In this document: positions 49,063 to 61,586 of the stretch, piece by piece
Layout of the letters: each line of letters opens with the position of its first letter
Position numbering within the stretch: position 1 is the stretch's first letter
DNA from: Adineta vaga
Taxonomy: Eukaryota; Animalia; Rotifera
Reading direction: 5' to 3'
Assembly (NCBI GenBank): GCA_021613535.1
Contig: CP075493.1
Coordinates: forward strand, 16,554,001 to 16,618,000
Length of the DNA: 64,000 nucleotides
Program-made: the position numbers and the translations under genes
The notes under the pieces: model-generated
What the model saw: only the letters and a program-made list of their open reading frames with translations
The model's database searches: none
Told to the model about the DNA's origin: nothing

Positions 49063-50824
49063 CAGAATGTTGTTCGTCGAAATGAAAGAGATGCGGCTCG
49101 AAAGCGGTTTTGCTCCAGTTTCGATCAGTAGATTGTTTTTTTCGATGGTGTCATTTATTATTAATTAATGCTGCAAAATACTATCGACTACTTACTAGAT
49201 GTTGGTTCAACTGTTCAATCACTAATGCTTGTTATTTCTATGGTTTAGATATTGTCATTAAGCGGAAACATCATAGAACAAGAAATTAACTGATTATCAC
49301 TAACTGATAGCGGTAACATATCAGTGTTACCATTTATCATCATCTCATAATTAGTAAGTTACTAATAGTAACTGATACAGCTGATCACATGCTTAAATCA
49401 AAATAGTTATGTGATTTCCTTAGTTGTGGTCTGTCTTTCAATAGCTAATGCCAAATGGAAAGGTATTGTTAAAATGCGTGTATTCGATAAAAAAACGCAA
49501 TGCAGACGTTTCTAACTGTTGTTTCTAAGTTACTTCAAAATAAGCTGTGAAAACTAGTAAAATAGTGAAAATTCTAATGGTCAATGCGTTTAAACGCCTT
49601 ATAACGATTAAAACACTTCCTTAACACGTTTAAACGCCGTTTTAACCGTTCCATGTTTGCTATCTGCAGAGAGCAAACTGATGCCCCATGTTCGACCTTG
49701 TTTCCACTCTGTGCACGTTCAAGCTGTCTTTTTATCTCTCTCTTTCTCTCTCTATTGCGAAAATTGCAATAAATTCTCGTCTTTTCCTCTTTGTTTTCAT
49801 GCGTCTGAGTGTTCAATGCTATATTCATTTGATCTAATCCTTACTGAGTAAGTCGGGAATCGTCAAGTCTGTGTATCTAATTCTCAGATAAGATAGGCTA
49901 AACTAGAAGACAAACCTAGACTTCATACCTGATGGAGCTCAACTATTATCAGAAATCAGCTTTGGGTCTAGAGAACAATATCATGTGCCGAGCAGCCTAT
50001 CTAGAACTTCGAGAAATGACAAATTATAGTTCAATATTTGACGGGTCCAAACAAACTTGAAAGTACTTGGTGAAGTGTTTTTTGTCACCTCAAGTCTCGC
50101 TCGAGTCGAACTTTTTCTACATACTGAAGTGTAAGTACAAGACGAAAGAAAAGAAGAAGAACAAAGAGAATAACACGAAGATAATACACATCGGACACAA
50201 AATATGATCTAGTACAAATAGCACATTCCAGCGCAAGAAATTTGATCGAAAGTATATTCTTAGATATTCATTCAAGTATGAATTAAATAGCATTGACAAA
50301 TAGAGCATTCTTTTCTCTACAAACTGTATATACAGAAAGTTTCTTGAAGCTTTTTCAAAGGAATTACAGTATCTTTACCACTACTTATGGTATGGCTTAA
50401 GTATGCACGACACTTGTTACTTTATTCATGCTTTTCTGAAGTAAAGATCGTGTGCACGTGCAACACACACACACACACACACATATCTATACCTACGCAA
50501 AAAGGAACGATAAAAACGGTATTTTCTCACACAGCAACTGTTTCAACGGATAAATTTCCGTTCCACAACTGCCTGCGTGCTGTTGCAGCTTGCATCGGCT
50601 CTTATGCTATTTGAGGGAACCCCAAGCGATATTGAGTACATTCAGGTGCATTCGCATGTTTACCAAACCCAAGAAGAGTGAATAAGAAGAGAAGTCTTTT
50701 TTTGGGATGTATCTATCTAATTTATTTATTGGCAAAAAAACAACACAGTAAAAGAATTGCTGGAACGAATATCGGCATTTGGCGCGGGTAACCGCTGGTT
50801 TGATCTTTGCGTACCTCAGAAGAG

Positions 50825-52220
50825 TTACAGGGAACAGTCGCACTTTTTCTGATGGGTGATGGCATCGTCGATAAGTGTGATGTCTCCTGTTTGTGTGTAG
50901 ACAGAACCTTTATATGTGACGCCAGCTCCGAATGTGACAGATGCGTAGGCCAGAATATTTCCGAGAAAGGTGCTGGAGGCACCATGTGTGACGCTGCTGC
51001 CTACTTGCCAGAAGATGCAACTAGCCAAGGCACCGTTTCTGAGCACGATTTTAGCATTGATCCCGGTCGTGATTGCGCTGCCTACCTGAAATATGTAGAC
51101 GCCGTCACCCTCTAGTGTCAAAATACCTCCGGCAGAGATTGCAGCCGTCGATACAAACTTGTACACTCCTGGTGCGAGTGTTTGGCCCGCCAGATCAATA
51201 CCTGTCAAGTTCTTAGTGAACGGTACACTCTTGCAATAGTTGTACGCCGCTGTTTCGTCAGTTTGGGCTTTCGCAGCGGAAGCCGTGGCCAGCTGAGTAG
51301 CACCTGTGATTACACCAGGCGGGAAGCCAGTAACGGAGGCGATCGGGTAAAAAGAGTTATTCGAATATCACCTTCTGCTTCTTGTGTTGGAAATTGCAAA
51401 ACCATCTTGTAATGACGATAATGATTCCAGCGCCAGTAGACAATGCGGCTTGTATTATATTTGAGACCAATCCACATATAGTACTGATCTGCTTAAAAAC
51501 ACTTAAATTCTAGGTGAAATTCATCGGTCTTTTCTAGAACTTATCTTACGAAACACGAACTGAAAGGAGTGTTGAAGTGTTTATAGGTAGAAATTCGCAT
51601 CTTCTTCTCCAGAGCTCGTGACCAACACTAACTAGAGACCATCACAGACCGTAACAGACATGACTGTTTCGGTCTAACAGGCATTACAGTGACTATTTCG
51701 TGCTTCACACTTCAATCCAGCTGGAGTTACGCTGACAGATTTCCCAACGGTTTTCATGCACAACACTGAACTTTGAGGATTTCTCCCTGTTTCTTTGTGA
51801 GAGAAGATTTCACAACTAACGCACCACCACCTTTTGTTGAGTTCAGGAGCCAGTTTGCAACGACGCCACAATTTGTGGGTTTTTTTAAAGAGATTTTAGC
51901 TATTTCGAGGCGTTTGTCCTTACTAGGCTCCGAACAGCTCACCTCTTGTCTCACTGGTCTAGTTCGAGCCCGACCCGGAGGGGGCTGGTGTAGATCAACA
52001 TCGTGTTGGTACCGGTTCCAACTATGTATGGTACGGGAACGTAATACCTAAATATTCCATCGGCTACGCTGCCTTTGATGACACTGAGACCGGCATTGGT
52101 CATCCCACTGTAAGCAACTACGGCGAAGTTGGCAGCAGTTCCCAAATTCGGACAAGCAATGGTGTTAATCGTAGTAACAGCTACACATAACAGAATGGTA
52201 AGGACTGCAATTGATGACAT
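50825..52220 (-). pseudogene. Secreted DUF3494 (IBP-1 fold) ice-binding-like protein interrupted by a 709-bp insertion
   Basis: Signal peptide, LGTAANFAVVA, TGFPPG, DLAGQTLAPGVY, IFQVGS and IFWQVGSS motifs. Removing 51352-52060 restores GSVA-V-YPIASVTGFPPG. Confidence 0.9.
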
Positions 52221-52735
52221 TTTGTATAAGGAGTGTTTTTGACTGATGAGTGGATAAGAGGGTGATTATAGTGGACAGTGAGAACAAATAATACTTTATG
52301 AATGCAAGAGCGGTCGTCGATAGCTTTTTATATACATACTATCTCTCCTCCACTAACGTTCTTCTGATCCGAATGCATACCTTCATGCGCAAATGGGTGT
52401 GCCCACTGATGCCTATCATTCTTGACTCATATGAACAAAAGATTCATTTGTCAGTAAACATATCCTTCAGACTGAGCACTTCTTTCAGAGCCACATTAGC
52501 TTGTACCAAATATATAGAAATTTCTTTTCGTGCACCTTTAAAACCATGTCTTGATCATCTTGTGACAATTCAAAGATATTGTGGCACCTACTGATATGAC
52601 ATCTCGTGTCTTTCAGAGAAAATCAAAGAACAGAGAGCAGGTTTATTGAACTAGTTTACTGAGGAATGGAAGAATCTTGTGACAGTGCCTGTGTCCGCTC
52701 ATCTTGGCGCATGTGTTTTTTTCTTTTCCTGTCGG

Positions 52736-52975
52736 TCTTGAACCAAACTGTATGCATTGCTCTCCGAATGAATGAGTGTATTCTTTTCTTCCATTCTCTT
52801 CTCGAACTTCAACGAAACTGTATTCGTCGCTCTCTGAGGTAGATGCGTGTATTCTTTTCTTCTCTTTTCCTCTCGACTTTCAAACATAGTGTATTCATTG
52901 ATCTCGGGGGGTGGATGCGTGTATTCTTTTCTTCTCCTCTCGTCTCGACCTTCAACGAAACTACATTTGTGGACA
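52736..52975. repeat. Degenerate tandem repeat, 71-72 bp unit, about 3 copies
   Basis: GTGTATTCTTTTCTTC starts at 52776, 52847 and 52919, and similarity continues through each unit. Confidence 0.85.
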
Positions 52976-53760
52976 AACGTCTTGTAGCTAGGCAAAAACT
53001 ATCTCAACGAAGTTTGTTTGGTGAGAAGCTTCTACCGTAAGAAGAACTGGGTGAGCCTTGATCGCAGGCAAAAACCTCGAGTCTTGTCTTCTTGCCAATG
53101 TTGCGATATGAAATCAACATGAAGAATTTTTACCTATCGTGTTATTTCGGGTTAGAAGAGAGATAGAATTTCGTTCGGCCTACCTTTAGAAAGCCTCGGT
53201 CTTCTCCTGTGTTTCATAAAATGTTCATCCGAAACAGACATACTTTTATTAAGTTATGTGCTACTCTCTGCCTAACTATGGAATTGACATATTACAACTC
53301 TACCAGTAGCTGATTCAAATCTCAACATTGGTTTAATCTTTTGGCTTGAAAATCGCATCACAGACTGCTTAGCTGTGGGGAAATCTATGATCAAATTTTC
53401 AAAACTACAGCTACTGGAGAAGTGGAGATTCATATGATTCTATTCGTCAGGATCGATAGTCCTGAGAAATCATTAAGATGTAGCATACGTGGACCATCAT
53501 CGGAACCACCCATTACACTTTAAATATCATCCTGATATTATCGAATAAAAGAAAACTAGCATAACCTTCGTACATCACTATTGTTCGCTTAAATTTGAAC
53601 AGAACTGACCAGCTTAAGTAGGAATCCAATTGAAAACAAATTAATCTATATAACGATGATATAAATTAATTTGCTAATCTCAACTCTTGCTTCTTCAGCA
53701 ATCGATCTTTTGTAAATCAAAAATTATTTGAGATAATATGATTTTTTCAATTAGTAATAA

Positions 53761-53835
53761 ATGCAGATTATTGCTTTGCCAAGGTGTTTCGTGTATTTTA
53801 TTTAAAAATAAGAAACACTCATCAGAGCTCTGCAC
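53761..53835 (-). ncRNA. Degenerate type I hammerhead-ribozyme-like motif downstream of the Penelope RT
   Basis: Minus strand: GTGCAGA-GCT-CTGATGA-GTGT(hairpin)ACAC-GAAAC...AGC-AATAA-TCTGCAT. Stems I and II pair, but the canonical UH cleavage site is absent. Confidence 0.6.
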
Positions 53836-54033
53836 ATTTTATGAAAAGGGAAATAAAATAAGCTAGATTAATATAGAAATAACGAAATGAGAAACAGAAA
53901 TGGATAACAGAAATAGTAACAACAACCAAGATAGAAAATAATAAAGTAATACATTAATAGATAGATAGGTAGGTAGGTAGGTAGGTAGGTTAAGAAATGA
54001 AAATCTAGAAATAAATGTTCAGCACAAACCTTT

Positions 54034-55700
54034 TCATAATAAATTTCGAGTATCGACGGGACGACGTTGAAGATTATCGACGTTGCGAGTACCCAAAATT
54101 GGTGTGATATCATTTATTGGAGATTCAGAAAAATACTTGAGCCATAGATTATGAAATTTCTCAGGAAAATTTCTCATACTTGGACAATAAGTGAAATGAA
54201 TGAACATAGTATGACCATAATCTATTGGTTCTGTAACTGCTACTGGGCTATCAATAATTTTCTGACGAATAATATAATAATTGATTGAAGTTAATGGTTG
54301 ATCAATACATTTACTTGGATATTGATTTAATAATAAAGCCATTTTTAGATGATCACGTTCTTTTTCATATGATTGGAAAGTTGAACAATATCGAAATGCA
54401 CGAAGTAGCATTGCAAAAGGTATGTTCTTTTTCATATGTAACGGATGAATACTGTTGAATGGCAAATAATATGGTTTATGATATACAGAAGTAGATAATT
54501 GACCATCTTTATTTTCCAAATGTAAATCGAAGAAATCAGCTTGTAAATTAATATTAGCTGATCATTTTATATTGGAATCAAATGTACTCCATTGATCAAC
54601 TTGTTTTTTCAGATGACGTTCAGACCAATTGATAATAGTAAAAATATCATCAATAAAACGACAATATAGACCATAACTATTTGTAATTTGTCGAATGATT
54701 TTCTGTTCAAAGAAAAACATATAACAGTTGGCTATAGTCAGAGTTCATGGGGAACCCATAGCACCACCACGAATTTGATGATAATATTGATTATTATATT
54801 TAAAGTAATTATTTTTGATAATAAATCTTCTTAATCGAATAATGACTTCAATTGATAGATTTGCGACTTGTTTTATCTGTAAATTATCTAACATTTGTTT
54901 GAGAGATAAAACGCCTTCAACTTGTAGAATCATTGTATAGAGGTCAGCAATATCAATTGTACATAATAAAGTATCTTGTTTTTAAATTCATTAGAGACTA
55001 TTGTTGGATGTTTGAGACCAAAAATGATGGGTCGAAGTGGCGTACCTAGCTTGTGGGCTTTCGGAAGATAATAGAGATGAGCTAATTCTGCCTCATCTGG
55101 TCGACCACATAATTGTTCGTAATGCTTCTGAGTAAGCCATTTAGCCAAACGTAAATCTAATAAATATTTATTTGTACGATTTATCAAATCAGGTAATGGA
55201 TCTTCTGTTCCAATACATTGATAAGCTTGAGTCTTTTGCATATATTCACTAGATTTTAATTGTTAATGTTCTGAACTTGTTAAATGAAACACCTTGGATT
55301 TATCAGTTTTTCTAAGAACAGTATTTGTTGAACGAAATTTATATTTTAATCTTTTAACTGTTCGATTATAATTTTGTTTCTTAATTGTAGTTAATGGTAT
55401 ATTATAAAGATTTTGAAGAAGATTATCTATTTCAGCCATAAATTCTTGAACTGGACGACCAGGATTAACTTTTTTTCTTATGGAAACGAGCTTCATGTTT
55501 TCGTAGAAGAGTAGCTAATTCAATGGTACGTCGTCGAGATGCTGTTTTAGGATCATCATAAATAAAACGAGGACCTAATTGAAGTAGATACGATTCTTCT
55601 TCCTTTAATCTAATATGTGTTGCTTCATTTGTAATATCTGGATTTATAATTCCATAGCAATTAGAGCCGAGGGCACTTCTTTGTTGATGCTCTCGACTCG
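54034..55700 (-). mobile_element. Penelope-like (Athena-type, endonuclease-lacking) retroelement RT pseudogene
   Basis: LRKTDKS, YYLPKAHK..TPLRPI, IDIADLYT, QIRGGAMGSP, RFIDD, VYHKP and SIHP motifs, with stops and frameshifts. The ORF ends at LGTRNVDNLQRR with no GIY-YIG domain. Confidence 0.88.
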
Positions 55701-56562
55701 CTCTTCTTCCAAAAAATAACCAGATTGTTCAGCTTCTTATGTTAATCGTTTTTTATATAAATCATAATATTCTTCAAATGTTTTGTAAACCTTGTTATCA
55801 TCATCTTCTTCTTCTTGATTATTTTGTTGATCATTTGTAGGCAGGCTTGCCAAATGAAAATTTTAGAAATCAGGAAAAAATCAGGAGATTTTCTTTAGAT
55901 ATTCATGAACGTTTATATAATTTTTACTGTACAAGTTACGCTCATCTAAAAACTTGATCAAGTGTTTCTGGTAGAATCTATGTTCTTCACTGTTACTAAA
56001 CTTTTTATTCATCTAGTTTGAAAAAAATTGACCTTATATTCGAGCTCCACGACTCCAACTATTCGTCGGTGAATCTTTACCAAAAGTTTTATTTTTTCGT
56101 AGAAAGAAAGATGTTTTTTATCCAAAACAGTAGGACCTATTCTTTTCAAACTATTGTCAAATCCAGATTTCCTATCTTCTATTATCCTTTAGTCAAGTAT
56201 TAGGTTAAAAGGTCTCTTTTGTTTTTATTTATCGTCCGATCAATCAGTGAAGTGCGACCACTAAATAAGTAAATAATTTATTCTTGCAAAAATCCTTTTC
56301 TATGAGAATCAGAATAATATTTAACTTTTGCCTTAATGTATGCCTATACCTTTACAGACGTGTCACTCTTCCATTACAAAGTAACTATAAAAGAATTCCA
56401 TATAATTAAAGGAAACTGAAAGAAATGCTCATTTCACAAAATTTATTTCAATATTTATTCTATGAATAATTATTAGCAAATGAATATTAACTTCTCGATT
56501 CACATAGAACAAAACATTAAGCAGAAAGTATGTAGTTAAGTAATTAATACTAAATTGGTGGC

Positions 56563-56619
56563 TTTGGGTGTGGGTGTGGGTGTGAATACAAGAAACCCAT
56601 TCACATCCACACCCTCAAA
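56563..56619. repeat. Telomere-like hairpin (family copy)
   Basis: TTTGGGTGTGGGTGTGGGTGTGAAT ... ATTCACATCCACACCCTCAAA. Confidence 0.85.
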
Positions 56620-56844
56620 TTTTATTATCTATATCACAATAATTATGTACATTTGTACTTCACAATACAAAAATGAAATCTTACTTTCAAATTTATTGAA
56701 GTATATGCTTAGATCATTGTATTAAAATGAGCTATTTTGCAGAAGATTTTTTTTTTCATACAAAAATCATTCAATATACATCTGGATGTGGGTGAGACTA
56801 CATAAAACTATTAAAAATACACTCGCACGTTCTTATTTTATTTT

Positions 56845-57700
56845 TATCGAATGCATAAATGAATTTGATTGGTATTCCATTCATTTCTTATCACTATACT
56901 AGTTGGATCAAGAAAATCTCGTGAAAACAAAAGAACTTCATCTTCCTCTATTGAGAGGTCCGTTTTAAATACTTGATATGTATCATTGACAATCTGAATA
57001 TTTAATGCACATAAGTTCGGCATGGAATAAACTAAACAACTACATCCATTTGATTTTCAACGTGGATTCGAAGCAATGCAAATTGTCTACCAAATGAAGT
57101 TTTGCATAATGCTGCACACTGTTGGCTATTGAACCAATATTCGGCCTTATTATCAGTATATTCTTGCACATCAAGCCGACGCATGGAAGGACTGAAAGTA
57201 TTGAGCAATAAATTTTCCAGAACGTTCATATTTCAACATTGCTATTACGAATAAAAATATTCAGTGATTTCAAATGACCAAGTATAGGCAGAGCAGAGTA
57301 TAGTATGTTGTGTGTTGGGAGTGTAAGAGAAAGATAACGTATATTCCAAAAATAAATTCGATGAATCACAGTAATATTGTAATTGATGCACATGATTACA
57401 TGACCAGTAATAAGTTTCATTAGGAGACGTTGATTTAGATCTAATTTCAGGATGTAAAATTTCGTATCGATTGAGACCACATGGTACAGTATGGAGACAG
57501 AGGTAAGGCGACAGTTGATTTATAATCCATTCACATTGTATAAACCAATCATGTTCTCTGGTAAAAATAGCAGCGACACTTCCTTAAGAAAACATCATTT
57601 CCGCCCTAGTACGATATTCTACCGAGCTTTATTTACACTATTGAAATATACCCGAGTATGCAATCCTGAAGTCCAGCGGAGTTAATGATCGATTGTATCA
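56845..57700 (-). pseudogene. Decayed C-terminal part of an F-box/LRR-type gene
   Basis: Frameshifted LRR-like segments (IRYLSLTLP...LKSLNI, MRRLDV, MPNLCALNIQ) ending IHLCIR*. Confidence 0.5.
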
Positions 57701-58296
57701 CGTATCAGAAAGCCGTGGGAAACTGTTTGAGATACTTAAAACATCGACGTTTTCTAGCGAATTTTAGCAGTAATCTATCGATACAAAACTGTTTTTGTCG
57801 ACTTACACATGAAGACTACTGAAAAGTTCAGTTAATCTAATCATTTGTTAAATTGTGCTAACATAAACGACTATAGGCATGACTTGTATTTTAATAAATT
57901 TTTCGGTGGTATTGTTGATAAAAAAATTCAAATCCATCAAATAACTAAAAACTGCAAAACATCTGTCGCATTTCCATATTCGTAATCTACAATAATACCG
58001 AAATAGTCGACACATTGATAGAAGTATGCAACATCGTCCAAGTAAGGCACATTGCGTAGATTATTTTTCCTCCCATAAAGGCTTATCTTTAATTGATTTT
58101 CTCCATTATTTATTTTCGTAACTTAATCCTAGGATCACATACAAAAATAGCCGATGAAATGAAAAATCCACACATAATCCCATGTAAATCTACACAGATG
58201 CTCGCATAAATGTTCCTAATATCCAAGCTGAAGTATAAAAATCCGAGAAAATTTCAATATTCTTCAAATCAATTATCAGGTAACATATCTTGTAAT

Positions 58297-58936
58297 ATGC
58301 GCCCAACAACTGTATTCATATTGATCCTCGTTGCTATTGCTTCTATCCAAAGCAAACCTGTCTTCAATGCAGCAAATATAATCAACACAATTCTGCCACA
58401 GGTTGTTTCACATAACGTAAAATATGTTTATGCATACAATTTTATTTCTAACTATTTCCCATCTAGAATTTCCCTAATCAGCTCAATCATCCTTCAAAAC
58501 TTCAACTACGAGTACTTGTAGAACAAGCCGCTCAACTCGCTCTCAGTGATGGTCGTACTCGATCAGTTCGCCAAGCCTCCGGTTCAGAATCATTTTTAGA
58601 GAATCTTATTGTCGTTTTCACCAATCATCCAAAATTGCAAGTGAGTGTGTGAATTTATTTGTTTTCCTTAGATTTATTTTTATATTTATATAGATCGTAT
58701 TCGCCGAGAATATTGAAGTTGCACAACAAGTTTTAAATTCTCTTTCTATTTCACAATTTTACTCACTCCAAGAATCAGTTGTTAGTCTTGTCGGAGGTGT
58801 CGCCACAGGCAATCTTGATGCTAGTACTGCTGTTTCTCAATTCTTGGGTCAACTTCAACAATATATTGGCGAAAATACTCAACTTTTCAATGCTGTTGTC
58901 GCTGTTGCTGAACAGGCGCTTAATTTTAAGCAATAA
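58297..58936 (+). CDS. Small secreted helical protein of unknown function (3 exons)
   Basis: Signal peptide MRPTTVFILILVAIASIQS; phase-0 introns ~58402-58466 and 58641-58693; RTRSVR furin-like site; stop at 58934-58936. Confidence 0.75.
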
Positions 58937-59110
58937 TGTTGGAAATTGGAAGAGATAAAAGATGACTGATTGAAATTGCTTTTTTGTTTTCAATTTTAAT
59001 TGCATTGAAATAAATTTTATTGCCGTTATATAATCGTAAATTTCTCACAATGAAACATATGTTTTCGATACCTGTAGTAGCATGAAATCAGAGGTGCGTT
59101 GAAAGCAATA

Positions 59111-59233
59111 TTGAGAGGGTGTTCTTCCGAGGGTGTGGGAGTGTCGGTGTGGGTGGGTGTAGTTGTGGGCGGGTTGGTGTGCGTCAGTATTGAAAGATGA
59201 TAAATACCTACATCCACATCTACACCCACACCC
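59111..59233. repeat. Long telomere-like hairpin at the truncation point of a piggyBac transposase
   Basis: GAGGGTGTGGGAGTGTCGGTGTGGGTGGGTGT... then CTACATCCACATCTACACCCACACCC abutting the transposase codon GAT. Confidence 0.8.
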
Positions 59234-60626
59234 ATCAAAATTAGGATCATTTCGATCTGGTTGATTAGTATTATCAACAACATAAAGATATTTCTTTATT
59301 TGAAGAAATCGGTCTCGGCTCATTGCCGAGGCGATTGATAGAACACGTGTATCATTTGTCCAATAAAATCGTTGTTGTAGAAAACAATAAACTCCAAGTC
59401 ATAATATGTATACCAAGAAATTGACGAATTTCAGTACCGGAAACATTGACAGGTCGATTTGGATTGATTCTTCAAAATGTCGTTGAATCTTTGCGAAACA
59501 TTGAGCAGAAATACTCATCTAGTTCTAGTTCAGAATTGGTTGGTGGTGGCGGTAAGTTCTCTGTAAATGTTGCTGCAGGAGGTATGAACGATCTTTTAAT
59601 CCAATGAAATTTTTTCTTTTTTTATGATTTTGATCTCGATGTTGCTTTTTGGAATTTTTCTTCACTATCACTGTTTTCATATGATGAAGAATCAGAATTC
59701 ATTACAAGTTGATTTTTTAAAACATTTTGAATTTTCTTCATTTCATCATCCGATTCTGATGTATCAACATCTCCACTCATACCATTCGATATGACGGTGT
59801 GTTTTTTTATAATTTCTTTTGTTTGACATATGTCTAAAAAAACAATGAGATCAAAATCCACGATACTCTTTTCCATCATAATGGTAACTCACGTCATTTT
59901 AAATACATTTGAAGGAAAAAACGAATTTGTACGACCTTGATATTGACTTTGACAGGTGAAATTGACAGTTTCAACGGTTCGTCATAGAATTACAGCGAAA
60001 GGCTGCGCTAATTGCCAGTGAAAATCTATTTCACCACATGGCGTGAGTAAGCTGAACAAGATATTTAGATCGACACATAATTTGCTGTTGTTTTCAATTT
60101 AATATTCAAAACTATTAGTTAGTGACTGTAATTGAATGATCTCCTAATTCTCAATATATAACATTTCTGGGACTGATCGAAAGGGAACATACTCTTAAAT
60201 TATTATTTAGAGTTAATTATATGTCATGATCATTGAATAATGCCACCGAAGCTTTGCAACAAGTTTGGAAATTTTTGATCCTTTACAGCCGGGAGTTGCC
60301 AAAAGGCAACATTTTCCTTTTTTTCAATTTTATATACCAACAAAAGTCTGTTATTAGTGGTACTTCATACTGATGATAAAGTAAGAAGATTTTTAGAATC
60401 ACTAATTAATATATTAAGTTTCCATAGATTGTCCAGAAACAACAGTTTAGATAATAATGATCTTCCATGCTAATTAATATGTACCATATTATTTTTCGAA
60501 AGCAATACGCATTCATATTGAATGAGAAGTGGGTAAAGTATGTTATATCTACCTTTAATTATTGTAGTATAAGAATGATAATCATCATCTCAATGTTAAC
60601 ATTTGGCAACATCCGGCCGGAAAGGG
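59234..60626 (-). mobile_element. piggyBac 5' remnant
   Basis: Terminus ...CCGGCCGGAAAGGG|TTAA (60626). Acidic N-terminus and YWTNDTRV..IASAMSRDRFLQIKKYLYVVDN in broken frames. An inverted copy of the terminal ~35 bp lies at 60280-60313. Confidence 0.8.
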
Positions 60627-61586
60627 TTAAGCAAAAAGAAGACAATTGAAATTCATTGAACTAATGAAGAATCAACAGAAATAAAATAAAAAATTGATTT
60701 AATTTAAATCTTTTATTTGATAGATTATTAATATATATATATTGATTTGATAAAGATCAATCTTATTTTAATTTAACTTTTATCTTTTATCTATAATTAT
60801 TTAAATGATTTTAAAATGCTTATTTCAAAATTTTCAAGTCTCATTCAATTTTAAAATAAAATTTTTATCAAATCGACATTCAAATATATGTATTACATTT
60901 GATCATTTTGATAATAATTATAAAAATACTACGAAAGCTTTTTATTATTATTTAAAAAAAACTTTAAAATATAAAATCAATCTTATTAATATTGAAATAA
61001 CAAAATAAAATCTTGAATTAATTTGTATAATCAAACAACAATTATCAAAAACTAAAATCATGTATTTAGATACCTTCTTCGCATGGAGAAATTCTTTTAT
61101 GTCACCAAATATTAGATGATATTTTATTTAGACAAAATAAATATAATGAAGTAGAATGTTTTTGTCATGCTGCATTTGTATTTGTAATGAGAAAAAAATA
61201 TTTATTTATTTTGGTGATCCTCCTCTGATTATTTCTATAAATGTATTCGCTAATTTAGATATAAATCATCTTAATATTGCACATATTTATATGAAAATTA
61301 ATAATTTATTAAATGAGAAAAAGTTTTAGAAATATTTCAAATGCAAATTGTCTTTTATACATAAAAACAAATAAATAAACTTCAAAAATCTTTTGATCAA
61401 GATCAACAAACATATAATTATGATTATATTCATTTAAATGATCAATTCAATTCATCATCTGATATTCAATTATCAAAAGATAAGATTTTATGTTCAATTT
61501 CTCGACTGATTTAAATCGTCATAGATTTCGTTATTTAATAGTTCAAAACAAATCTTTCTTTATTTTTTTATTTGTTCATGAAAAAT

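Noticed and set aside
49585-49655. Third CACTA end (AAACGC motifs)
   Set aside because: Only a few degenerate motifs and no clear CCCATG terminus or partner. At most an old remnant.
51352-52060. Intron in the ice-binding gene
   Set aside because: There is no AG acceptor before TACCCG and no in-frame GT donor at the junction.
52243-52290. Other CTGATGA hits as hammerheads (also 33982, 60370)
   Set aside because: None has a stem II followed by GAAA.
52736-52975. Possible CRISPR array (71-72 bp period)
   Set aside because: The would-be spacers are similar to each other, so this is a degenerate tandem repeat in a eukaryotic context.
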